Below, in pieces: positions 40,005 to 52,194 of a stretch of DNA of 64,000 nucleotides. The DNA is taken from positions 45,818,001-45,882,000 of the forward strand of contig NC_043007.1 in the NCBI RefSeq assembly GCF_006345805.1, read 5' to 3'. This DNA comes from Octopus sinensis (Eukaryota). Numbering within the stretch: position 1 is the first letter of the stretch; each line of letters begins with the position of its first letter. Under the pieces are notes generated by a model, which ran no database searches, was not told the DNA's origin, and saw only the letters and a program-made list of their open reading frames with translations. The position numbers and the translations under genes are program-made.

Positions 40005-40397
40005 TTTTTCTCTTTTACTTGTTTCAGTCATTTGACTGCGGCCATGCTGGAGCACCGCCTTTAATCGAGCAAACTTATTCTTTGTAAGCCCAGTACTTAT
40101 TCTATCGGTCTCTTTTTTGCCGAACCGCTAAGTGACGGGGACGTAAACACACCAGCATCGGTTGTCAAGCAATGCTAGGGGAACAAACACAGACACACGA
40201 ACATATTCACACACACTTATATATATATACATATATACGACAGGCTTCTTTCAGTTTCCGTCTACCAAATCCACTCACAAGGCATTGGTCGGCCCGGGGC
40301 TATAGCAGAAGACACTTGCCCAAGATGCCACGCAGTGGGACTGAACCCGGAACCATGTGGTTGGTTAGCAAGCTACTTACCACACAGCCACTCCTGC
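40005..40397 (-). mobile_element. SINE family A, full length
   Basis: Minus strand gcaggagtggctgtgtggtaagtagc (A box)...ccgggttcagtccc (B box), internal TA/TG tract, tail gtaaaagag. Confidence 0.95.
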
Positions 40398-40420
40398 ACC
40401 TATATATATACATATATATA

Positions 40421-41566
40421 TTTGCTTGTTATCAGTCGTAAGACACTTGTTGTTTTCACCGTTAATGCTTCTGTATTTCATGTTTCTGTATTCCATTATT
40501 GTTTTTTGTTTTTTTTTATATCTGTCCCTTTTGCTGTCCTGGTGTTCGTATGCATTCGATCCTTCTTCCAGGAAATCTACGCTTCCAGCTTAGTTTTTCT
40601 TGGAGGGCTGGCCGTGATCTAGTAATCTCAAGATTAATCAGCCGAAATTACTACGATGATCCGGTTCTTGACTGAAGACTGAGGGGTTCGAATGTCCTGT
40701 CCATGTTTATTGTATCGTCTTCTATGAGTTATACGTTCTTGTCCATGTTGTATTTTTCTACATACCTTAACATGTATTCCAGGCGCCCCGTACCCCCTTT
40801 ATCATTAATGTGAACACATATTCTTAATAATTGGTACGACTCTCTGTTTGTCTCTCTCTCTCTCTCATTTTTACTTTCTCTCTATTCATCTTCTCTTTCC
40901 TCTGATCCTTTGGTCTAGTCTTCCACTACCCTCCTATTTCTTTGTCTCGCTCTGCACTCACAGGTCATTCTTCGACACCCATCCCTTCTCCTCTCTGATT
41001 CCTTCTTTCTCTCTCTTCTCTCTCTTTGTTGCGTTTTGTCCCCTTTTTCTCTCTCTCTCTTCCTTTGCTTCTCTTTCTTTTCTTTTCCCTCTTCTCTGTC
41101 ACGTGACTGTTGGCCGAAATCTGCCTTTCAGCTCCTGACCCTCGTCGTGTTAACATCGTTGTTCTTCGTCCGCCGCTATAAAGGCTTTTTCCAATGCGCC
41201 AGAGAAAAAAATTTGTTTGCTTGTTATCAGTCGTAAGACACTTGTTGTTTTCACCGTTAATGCTTCTGTATTTCATGTTTCTGTATTCCATTATTGTTTT
41301 TTTTTTTTTTTTTATATCTGTCCCTTTTGCTGTCCTGGTGTTCGTATGCATTCGATCCTTCTTCCAGGAAATCTACGCTTCCAGCTTAGTTTTTCTTGGA
41401 GGGCTGGCCGTGATCTAGTAATCTCAAGATTAATCAGCTGAAATTACTACGATGATCCGGTTCTTGACTGAAGACTGAGGGGTTCGAATGTCCTGTCCAT
41501 GTTTATTGTATCGTCTTCTATGAGTTATACGTTCTTGTCCATGTTGTATTTTTCTACATACCTTAA
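40421..41566. repeat. Near-identical 350-bp direct repeats (40421-40770, 41216-41566) around a 445-bp spacer
   Basis: Copies differ at only a few positions, mainly T-run length; no TG..CA LTR ends. Confidence 0.95.
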
Positions 41567-42494
41567 TATATATATATATATATATATATACATAGTGTAT
41601 CATGTGTGTAGAAACAGATGTACAATTGCTACTGTTATGTCTAGAGCTCCACTTAGATGTTCATATTCCAGAAGAGTGGTTAAGTATCTACTATATTAGT
41701 AGTATTACTGGGGAAATGTATGAGAAATTCATATAAACACAAGTTCCTATTTGATCCTACGTGCGTTTCACGATTGTGGTTGCTTGAAACTCTGCCGTAG
41801 TTGTCCCAACTGAATTGGGATGCTTTACCAGAAAGGAGCATCAGGTAAAATTTTATTGTATATATATTTGTGTTTATCTTAATTTATCCCCCCCTCTCTC
41901 TCTGTATATATATACACACCCGTGTTTACATACGTATGTGTATACAAAAATTAGAAAGCACACAAATTCACAGAAATATGTATCGAGAGAAAGAGAGGGA
42001 GGAGGAGAAAAAGGGAAAGAGATAGTGAAGGTGAGAGACAAAGAAACACTATCAAAAAGGTACAGAAAATGACCGCATAAGGCAGCACAAGTAAATGTGT
42101 AGAAAAAGACAAAGACAACAAAAGTCAACATAACAGACAGAGAGAGACATGGTTCATTAGGTACTAAACTTTTTCCTTAAAGAATGACTTCTTCGGAACT
42201 GCAGATAATATTTACATAACATTTAACTTTTGTCTTCAACGGCAACAAGCCAGCAAGTTTAGAACTTATGAAAATCAATAAATGAAATTAGTCTCGTTAC
42301 ATATTACTGTAGGGCTGTTTTTCATCTCTTAGGCGGGAGGAGATAGCTGAGTGCAAACTTTACTGACGACAAGCAGAGTTGTTGCTGTTTATATCCTATT
42401 TCCGGCTTTGCAAACTGAGCGATGATAAACACATACTTACGTCTCAAATGAACAAGGTCACATGGCGGCATATTTATATATGTATATATCGGTT

Positions 42495-42700
42495 ACTTAT
42501 TTCAGTAATTTAACTGTGGTCATGCTGGGGCACTGACTTGAAGAAATTTTATTCGTATGTTTTAAGCGTGGTACTTATTTTGTAGGTATATTTTGACGAA
42601 ATATGATATATTTTTACGTCACGGGAACATAAATGCACCAACATCGGTTGTCAAGCGATGACGGGAGATAAACGTAAACACACACACTCACACACACTCA
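42495..42700 (-). mobile_element. SINE family A, 3' half (degenerate)
   Basis: catcggttgtcaagcgatg and catgctggggcac motifs of family A. Confidence 0.75.
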
Positions 42701-42733
42701 CACACAGAGAGATAAATATACATACATACATAC

Positions 42734-42764
<31 letters not shown>

Positions 42765-42796
42765 CATACATACATATATATACCATATATATATAC

Positions 42797-42854
<58 letters not shown>

Positions 42855-43154
42855 AAACAGATCTCAAATTTACAGAAAATAAAAGACGAAGAAAGGTATA
42901 GTGGGAATAACAAGTGGTTGTATTAGTTTAACGCTCACGAAGTCGTGTATTGTCCTTATCTTCGAAACGCGAGTAGATGAAACAGAGACAGCTGAAGAAG
43001 GGGAATATTCTTTATGTTGCATGTCTTGTTTCTCTGTTTGGTTTTTTCACTGTTCGAAAAGAAAAGAAAAATGTTCGGTTCTATGTTTTTGTTTCTCATG
43101 GTGTTCAACGTTTTTTTTTATGTATATATATATATATATACAGATACGTAGGTA

Positions 43155-43192
<38 letters not shown>

Positions 43193-43755
43193 AAATAATT
43201 AAGGTGGCCAGACGCAATTTAAAACTCAAAAGGAAATATTTCACCGTCACTAAAACGTGACAAAGGGTGCAGCGAGCAACATCATTGCTAGAAATAAGAG
43301 TCAAAGTACTCTTTAGCCACAGAAAGCACATTTTCTATTTACTGACAGGGTAGACAACCACCCCATCACCACTAAGCAGTATAATATTGGCGTGCCAATT
43401 TCACATGAAATTTAATGCTCATCTGTAATGCTTACTTCATCGCGTGTTCTGAAGTTAAATTCTGCGCAGTCAGTATATATAGATTTTACAGGAATCAGTG
43501 GCTGATTCTGCAAAATTGTAATAGGAAAATTATAAAACAATTAAGATCGTTAGATGCAATTCAAGCCAAAAATGAAATAATTCACCGCCACTAAAATGTG
43601 ACGAAGGGTATAAACGTATATACATACATACATAATGCATACATACATACATACACACACATAGTACATAAATACATATATACACACATCATGCATACAT
43701 ACATATATATACATACATGATATGCATACATGATACATACATATGTCTGTATATA

Positions 43756-44445
43756 CAGGGTGTTCGAGCTAAATTTGACAATATTATGTCTCTATTTGAA
43801 GAAAGACTTGATATGTCCATCAACAGTGGACGGCGTTGCCGAGCATATAGCTTATGATTGCAGTTGAGTAAAAGTTGCGATCGAGGCTTACAAGCCATCT
43901 GAATATTAGAAAAACTTCCTGTATTCAGATGATTTGTACCAGACATGAGAATGCCGACATCATGTATGGTAGTCAATGCTCTGTGAGCACGGCAAAGGCT
44001 GTAAGATATGACATGGATGGCTGCAGTGGACCAAGAAATGAATACAGCGGGCTTTCTGAATCTGTCCGCAGTTAGGGTCAATTCAGGTGGTTATAAGCTG
44101 CTGGAGACAGTGGTCAAACTGGCTGAACAGAGTTGCTGCTGGAAAGCTATGTGTTTTGGCAGCAAGATTCGGTTGTTTGGCAAACCATTGGAGAAAGTAA
44201 GAAATATTTGTCGGAACACAATTCCAGCACTAATTTCTGGCCATCTATTTCATCTTATCTAATCCAATTGTTTGCTACATGTGATGCGCAGTTGAGAAAG
44301 ACACCAAGCTTACTGCGTGCAATACTATGACCAAGCTGGTGACAACTATCCAAAAGATGTTCGAATATCTTTTAACAGATATGGTGCCCCGGAGCAGTCT
44401 TGAGATCGTGGCGGAAGCTAAGGGCGGCGACTTTGAGCAAGTAAT
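43756..44445 (+). mobile_element. Tc1/mariner-superfamily remnant (CAGGGTG terminus)
   Basis: TA|CAGGGTGTTC start; degraded C-terminal transposase motifs YVFWQQDS, NFWP, and AEAKGGDFE-like end. Right TIR not found. Confidence 0.65.
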
Positions 44446-44454
44446 AAGATAATA

Positions 44455-44474
44455 TACTACTACTACTACTACTA

Positions 44475-44525
<51 letters not shown>

Positions 44526-44531
44526 TCACTG

Positions 44532-44562
<31 letters not shown>

Positions 44563-44563
44563 C

Positions 44564-44654
<91 letters not shown>

Positions 44655-44655
44655 T
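44455..44655. repeat. Compound (TAC)n/(TGC)n trinucleotide tract
   Basis: Directly visible. Confidence 0.97.
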
Positions 44656-44677
44656 TAATAATGATAATAATGGTCAA

Positions 44678-45165
44678 TGCCCTGATGCAACAATAAGGAG
44701 TGGCTATCATGGCTTCTGAACTTAGCTGTTTGGAAGTGCTAACACGTACAAAAAAAGGGTATTACAGTAAATATTCTTCCCAAGACCACAGAATTGCTTG
44801 TGAGTTACTCAATCTTAAGAGTAGTAGCGGAGAATTTATAGTCATATGCTGAGAGATATTCATTGGGGCTTGAATAATTTACCCCTAGAAACATGGATAT
44901 TTCGTTCATTATCGTTAAACAACTCTTATTCAGGGACCTTTTGTGCGAGCTGAGTTACTCAAGCTGAAGAAAGATTGTAACTGGGCCCCACCTGCATGGT
45001 TATGCACTGTTTATCCTGAAATAAGATCACTATATAACGCACATATGATCTTCATGCTTGTGGCAAGTAAGGCCTTATCAGACGAGTAATCATGATATAT
45101 ATATATTGGGCTACGTATATTTGTTCCCCAGTATCACTTTCATGGTATGCGCTGCTCTCTCACTC
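44678..45165 (+). mobile_element. TAA-associated non-coding element, diverged copy with 5' extension
   Basis: Homologous to 56261-56736 (ttattcagggacctttt, actgggcccccacctgca-like block, cactc+(aat)n end). Confidence 0.8.
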
Positions 45166-45618
45166 AATAATAATAATAACTACCTTTGATTAACATTTAT
45201 TCTCACTGCACTATGATATCAAAGTAACTTTCTAAGGATCCCTACATTAAAAATGCTAGTACCAAATTACGTATAGTTTTGTTTGATTTTAATGCTGGAT
45301 TCTAATTCAGTTTGGTTTTTAAAACAAATAGAGACAGACTGGTATGTAGATACGTGAGAGGTAAATAAATAAGTAGTTCGATAGATAGTGTGATATTTTG
45401 TCACTTTCTTACACAAAGTGGCAGACAAACTGATTGATAGATAGCTTCATAGGTAGGGAAATAGGTGAATAAAGAAACAGATTAAAAATTAGATACATAA
45501 ATAATTAGACAGATACAAAGTTAGAGAGATACTCAAACAGGTAGATATATAGAGTTAGAAGAAATCATAAATAATTAGACAGATACTCAAATAAGTGGAT
45601 ATATAGAGTTAGAACGAA

Positions 45619-45788
45619 AACAATTGCAGTGTGGAAGTTGTTTAGAAGCCATTTAAAACACACAAAAACCGTTAGATTCACTTCAACATTTAAATTTAGT
45701 TTGCCAAAATATTTTCGTCGCTTTGAGACCGTGACAGGTTTTTGTTTGTTTTAATTGGCTTCTAAACACCTTACACACTGTAATTGTT
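45619..45788. repeat. Fold-back element with 52-bp arms; hammerhead 3' half on minus strand in the spacer
   Basis: Arms 45619-45670 / 45737-45788; minus strand GTCAC..GCGAC-GAAA-ATAT-TT-TGGCAAA. Confidence 0.75.
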
Positions 45789-45864
45789 ATATATATATAT
45801 AGTTAATCCAAACAAGAAAATACAAAAAACACAACAACGCGAGGACGTGGAACAATATAGTATA

Positions 45865-46664
45865 CTAGCACTATCGCCCGGCGTTGCTCGGGTTTGTAAG
45901 GGAAATAACTATATAAGCATTTTTAGTGAGTTATAGCAAAAAATGCATTAAAAATGGAATAAAAAATGATGGTAATTTTTTTTTTAAATCGTAGACTCAT
46001 TGTAGACGCGCGCTAATACCCAGAAGAGCTCGATATGAATCACGACTATAAGATACCCGGTTTTGGTTACACTGCACCGCAAAATGTGGGAGTAGTTAGG
46101 AATCTAAATCGTAGGAGACATACACACAACCTTACTCTTATATATAAAGATTTGTGCAACAACTAAAACATTCGGTTGTGCAAATTGTTTGCACAGGAAA
46201 CCTGCCCTGTGTGGCGGTAATTGCCGTTTTTGTGGATCTGTTTCAGCTTTTTTAGCGATTTCTGTTTTGGCGACTTCAAGCCATGAAGTCGTTGTTCTAA
46301 AAGAACGCTGGTCTCCTTGACAACGCATTACGACGTTGATTTCCTTACACTCCCTTCCCCACAGCTTCACGAGGGAGGGAAGAAGGGGAGAAGCAAACAG
46401 GTGCAGGTGTGAGCGTGGACGCCAACTCCGCCGCCATCGACACACGAAAAAATATGCATTAAAATGGAATAAAAAAGTATGTTAAATTATTTTTAAAATC
46501 GTAGACTCATCGTAGACGCGCGCTAATACCCAGACGGGCTTGATATGAATCACGACTATAAGATACCCGAATTTGGTTAAACTGCACCGCAAAATGTGGG
46601 AGTAGTTAGGAATCTAAATCGAAGGGGACAGACACTCACACAACTACAGTTTTATATATATAGA
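45865..46664 (-). mobile_element. Non-autonomous Helitron with duplicated 5' segment
   Basis: Minus strand A|TCTATATATA 5' end (46664), 3' hairpin cccgagcaacgccggg then CTAG|T (45865); second TC 5' end at 46150; ~200-bp block repeated at ~45945-46150 and ~46450-46664. Confidence 0.8.
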
Positions 46665-46671
46665 TATATAT

Positions 46672-47690
46672 AATCTTTGCCGGCATTATTTTCGTAGGCT
46701 ATAGATAAACTGCCGGAATCTTAATCTGCGACTATTTATATCCTGTACAATACAACATAGATGATATATTTGTGAACTAAGGTAAGCCCTCTTATTTTTC
46801 GAGTACTTTCCGGAGTATTCGAGCGGTTCCAAACAGTACTGTTTTCTGCAAATGCTCTACACTTATTGTAGCCCCTATTTGTTCCACGTACTTCTCAAGA
46901 TTTTTACTCCCTGTTCCCAGGCTCCGACAATTATCGGTACTACTATCACTTTTTTATCGACCACAACAGCAAAACCTCCCAAGCTAACCTGTCATATCTA
47001 TCGACTTTTCTTTCTTCCTTATCGCATATATTGTTGTCAGCTGGGCATGCTATATCTATGTTCCAGCATAGTTTATTTTCTTTCTCAATTAAGACTATGT
47101 CTGGCTTCTTATTCTTTATCTCATGGTTGCACTGAATCATAAAATCCCACAGGATACTTGCATTATCATTTTTGATTATGCCTTCGGGTTTATAGTCGTA
47201 CCAATTTTCTACTCTGTCAAATCTATACTTGTTGCAAAGTATCCAATGGTCAAGTCTTGCTATATTGTCGTGGCGTTTCTTATATTCCTTCTGGGCTAGT
47301 GTACCTTCAATCTTATTCCGTCCGTTTAATTTCGACATAGGGATCAGTCTCAGTCTGCGCATGTACTCCACCTTAATTTTTTTCTGCCATGTCTTTCTCC
47401 GTCCATTTATCCATCTCCAAATTCCACAATACTTATAGCCCGTCTCTTCTATCTGCTTCATAACCTCCACCAAAGTTATCGTTAGCCTGTCTATACATTT
47501 GATTTTGCCTTTCTTCAAGACTAACACACCACACTTTCTCTACCCGATCTCCAATCTGATATCAGTACTGAAAGTATACACCGTTTCAACGATGGAACTG
47601 ACTTCGGCTTCGTCTTTACCATAAAGGTTGAGGTCGTCCATGAATAACAAATGGTTGACATTTTTTTTACGGATTTTGAATACATACCAC
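46672..47690 (-). mobile_element. R4/Dong-like fragment, 5'-truncated and internally deleted
   Basis: NHLLFMDDL (RT), GYKYCG, KLNGRNKIE fused to GTLAQKEYKKRHD, KPDIVL..IDIACP (RLE), PIIVGA. Confidence 0.9.
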
Positions 47691-48799
47691 GGTGATTATT
47701 AGTGGGTGAAATTTACCAACGGTGAAATTTACCTGGTGGAATTTTCTGTGGTGGAATTTAACGCAGTGGAATTTACCTAGGACCTAAAAGGTGTATACAT
47801 ACAGGTAAACGTCACTGTGTCTTAATAACCTAGTTGCGAGAAAGAGTTTCGAAGTGTATGCAGAATACATATATGTAATATAAACTTTTAGCCGCGTTTC
47901 GCATATATGTTGAAGAAAACCAACATTTCACTAGCATGGTTATATGATAGTTTAAATAGCATAAGAAAGTATGCTCGATAGCAAGAAAATATCTGTGGAA
48001 GCAAATTTAATAAATCATGTTTATTCTGAAAATGTTATTTAGTTTCATCATACTGGGTTGACTGTATTTTCTTGTGTCGACAAAGGATGGAGTATATCTC
48101 CTTAGGGGTGCATGCAAATTAATCATAAACTAATTCATTTTTTCCATATTAACATAAGATGAAAGTTCGTACACGTTATACAAAAGAGGAAAACGGACCG
48201 GATTTAAAACCAATAGTTTATTTACAGAAAGTAGTAAAACTATAAAAAATGAATTCATCACGACATAATCATATCGTAAAGATTGTAGTACATATTATAT
48301 ATGAAATAAACATTTTAAAAAGGCATCTGTGTTGAGAATGACAACAGGTTAAATTTACTTAGCTAGTTCTTTAAACTACATTAACAAGTTGAGAATCGCA
48401 TGACATAACGTCATGAAAAATGAACAATGCAAAACAGCCTTGCAGAAATGAGTGACAAGGTCCCGTGTGGTAACCGAATGTCACTAAATAATTTCCCAAA
48501 AATTCGGGTTTAAATAAGTGCCGCAAACCCGATTCTAGTCGCATTTCTCCATTAAAAGGAGCACCTTCACGTAGGCTACAATTGGTGAATAAACAGTAAA
48601 ATTGACCAATAAAAAAGCGTAAAGCAAAAGACAGCCGATACGACTATTACATCATGCTGTTGCTGCTAAAGTCTATAACTGCTACACATACATATATACG
48701 TATACACACACACACACACACAAACATAGATATATACAGGCACGTATACATACATATACAGGCATGTATACATACATATACATACACACACACACACAT

Positions 48800-48831
<32 letters not shown>

Positions 48832-49074
48832 GTACATGTGTACTGTTATATATGGATATGTGTGCGCTGTGAGGGGGCGGTGTGCACTAAATCATGGGTA
48901 TTTACGAAGACATGGCGTTTACATCATTTACCACTCCTTGTGAATTCAAGGATAACAAGATGACAGGTAAAGGTCGTCCGTTTATTATAAAAATATTTTC
49001 TACAAAATGAAAATGCGAGAAAATACACCAACTACATTGGCATAACTCTAACTCTATTCATGCTATTACTTTTT

Positions 49075-49270
49075 GCCTTCTTTTCTTCTTTTGCTTCTTT
49101 CACCCATTGAAATGTAGCCATGCCGGTGCAATGCTTGTACTAATTTTGTTAAATCTGGTACATTTTCCGTCAGCGTCTTTTGTCAAAGTGCCAATTTATG
49201 GCGGCCGTAAAGCAACCATCACCGGATGTCAAGCGGTAACTGGGGACAAACAAAGCGACAAAGACAAACA
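49075..49270 (-). mobile_element. SINE family A, 3' fragment (degenerate)
   Basis: ccggatgtcaagcggt..ggggacaaac segment of family A. Confidence 0.6.
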
Positions 49271-49385
49271 CGCACACACATGCACACACACGCACACACA
49301 AACACATAACCACACATGCATATACAGACATGCATACACGCACATCTATACGCGCGTGTGTGTATATGACTATATGTATATATTT

Positions 49386-49820
49386 GGATCTTTTCGGTTA
49401 GAACGGCAGTTTTTTCTAGCGGTGTCATATGAAACTGTCACCCATAATTATGATCCTAGTATCGATCTATTGCATTTCAATCAATTTTAGGGTTAGGGTT
49501 AGTTAGTGTTAGTTAGGATTAGGGGTGGGGGGAAGGGTATCTTTTTTCTTCACAAATGTAAATAAGCCCCATCTGTTTCTTAAACGAGGGACATATTCAT
49601 ACGGCACAGAATGATGTTTACTTCAATGGACGTCAGAGATTGGTTGAAATTGCAGAAATTGAAGTAAAAAACAACAAATATCTTACAAACTATGGAATGT
49701 TCTCAATAAAGCCAAGAGAAAAAGAAGTTTTATAAATACATTCTACCAGTATACGAAGTTTAACATTTTTTAGTTACCTAGAAATTATGTTAAAAACTGC
49801 CGTTCAAACCGAAAAGATCC
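49386..49820. mobile_element. MITE, 435 bp, 29-bp TIRs, internal TTAGGG-like repeats
   Basis: GGATCTTTTCGGTTAGAACGGCAGTTTTT and AAAAACTGCCGTTCAAACCGAAAAGATCC (one mismatch); AT-rich flanks, TSD unclear. Confidence 0.85.
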
Positions 49821-50149
49821 ATATATTTTTCTGTATTTCTATATTTATGTATATATATATATATGAAAAAATACATAATGGGACGTCCATGGTGTTGCCA
49901 TCGTGGTAGTTGCTGTTGTTATTGCCATCGTTGTCACCGCTTCTGCTGCTATCGTTGTCAGTCATGTTGTTGATATTGTTGCGGCCATCTGTGAAGTTAT
50001 TGTGTTTGTGTTTGTATGCGTATACGGGTTCGCTTCTTACGTTGTTTGTATCCATGCCCTTTATATATATTTATTATCTATCTCTATTTCTTATATTTAT
50101 CACAGGTATCTGGCAAATATATTTATTCATTTTCTATATTTATCTCTTT

Positions 50150-50535
50150 GGCTCTTTTACTCTTTTATTTGTTTAAGTCACTTGATTTGTGGTCATTCTT
50201 GAGTACCGCCTTGAGTCGAACAAACCACCGCAGGACTTATTCGTTGTGAGTTTAGTACTTATCCATTTCTACCGAACCACCAAGTTACGAGGACTTAAAC
50301 GCACCACCATCGGTTGTCAAACGATGGTGGGATGAAAAACACAACACACACATACACACACATACGTAGATATATACATATATACGGTGGACATCTTTCA
50401 GTTTCCGTCTACCAAATCCACTCACAAAGCTTTGGTCGACTCGAGACTATGGTAGAAGATGGTTGCCCAATGTGCCACGCAGTGGGACTTAACCCGGTAC
50501 CATGTAGTTGGTAAGCAAGCTACTTACCATCACAG
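50150..50535 (-). mobile_element. SINE family A, full length, older
   Basis: Head, body and gagtaaaa tail present. Confidence 0.88.
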
Positions 50536-50776
50536 GTATGTACATATATGTCTACTGTGTGTGTATCACCCTGTTTGTATCTGTGTCTTAATTATTATTG
50601 TTTTTTCTCTCTTCTCCTTCCTTCTGTCTTTAGTCATGTGGTGTGGTGGTAGGTATTATTGCTCCATTAGTGTTTTCTATTGAGGCTCAGTCAGTTAACT
50701 GCTATGTGTATAGCCTCTGTGAGAATACATGCACACAACATGCACACATGCGTACATATACACACACATATAGATA

Positions 50777-50814
<38 letters not shown>

Positions 50815-50815
<1 letters not shown>

Positions 50816-51039
50816 TCTACTCTTTTTACTCTTTTACTTGTTTCAGTCATTTGACGGCGGCCATGCTGGAGCACCGCCTTTATTCGAGCAACTCGACCCT
50901 GGGACTTATTCTTTTGTAAGCCCAGTACTTATTCTATCGGTCTCTTTGGCCGAACCGCTAAGTAACGTGGACATAAACACACCAGCATCGGTTGTCAAGC
51001 AATGCTAGGAGGACAAACACAGACACACAAACATATATG

Positions 51040-51073
<34 letters not shown>

Positions 51074-51242
51074 CATATATACGACAGGCCTCTTTCAGTT
51101 TCCGTCCACCAAATCCACTCACAAGGCATTGGTTGGTCCGGGGCTATAGCAGAAGCCACTTGCCCAAGATGCCACGCAGTGGGACTGAACCCGGAACCAT
51201 GTGGTTGGTAAGCAAGCTACTTACCACACAGCCATTCCTGCG
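50815..51242 (-). mobile_element. SINE family A, full length
   Basis: Close match to 40005-40397. Confidence 0.95.
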
Positions 51243-51245
<3 letters not shown>

Positions 51246-51329
<84 letters not shown>

Positions 51330-51367
51330 GGAGATAGAGATAGATAGATAGATAGATAGATAGATAT

Positions 51368-51440
<73 letters not shown>
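51246..51440. repeat. (TA)n-(GA)n-(GATA)n compound microsatellite
   Basis: Directly visible. Confidence 0.97.
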
Positions 51441-51441
<1 letters not shown>

Positions 51442-52194
51442 CAGTCGACAGTTTAGAACGATCTGAGAAAGCTTCATTTCGAATTGCATGCAATATTTGG
51501 AAATGTTCAACATAATCACAGATATCGGACTGGAGGTTATAATATAAATATAATAATCAAAACAGCGTTTTAAAGCTCGGAACGATGTACATATGACGTA
51601 GGATATCTCAGGAAGATATGCAACACTTGTCTCTAAGAATTTTAACGAGCAGGAATTGCCGTAATGGTAATATAGCAATAAATTATAAATTCAGTTGAAG
51701 TTTTAATTGGGATAATGTTCCATTTAAAGACGAGAGATGAAGTATAATTGTCTCTATTATCCAGGAAGCAAGTTTAATAGCGATAGCATGTGTTCGGTAA
51801 CGGTTACATAGACGGTTGCATAATCGTGCTGAAACACTAGACATACACAAGACAGTAGCAATATAATCCACTGTTATTTACCAATTGCAGTTGGTATGCA
51901 TTTATGCATTTATACATGCATAAATTCATAAATATATCAGACAGATTTCAATTATTCTAAAATTAAATAAAATAAATAAAATAGTGACGAATACACACGT
52001 ATACGAAGAATAAAGTGAATAATAATAATAACTGTTTTAATTTTTGTCACAAGCCGAAATTTTGTTAGAAGGGGTGGAGCTATTAAGGTGACTACATCGA
52101 CTCCAATACTCAACTAGTACTTATTTGATCGAGTTCAATATGACAAAAGTCAAAGACGATCTCGATTCTGCCTCCTCGCCGACTTAAATATAAC

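Noticed and set aside
40590-40690. Hammerhead in the 350-bp direct repeat (CAGCC GAAA ... CTGAAGA)
   Set aside because: Stems I and III cannot be formed in any of the three topologies.
42431-42470. Minus-strand donor gtaagtatgt and gccgccATG
   Set aside because: ATG is followed at once by TGA and no acceptor or ORF supports an exon.
42880-42980. AAGACGA...TTCGAAACGCG as a long-loop hammerhead
   Set aside because: Core mutated and no stem I.
44372-44710. Poly-Ser and poly-Val ORFs
   Set aside because: Translations of the (TAC)/(TGC) tract.
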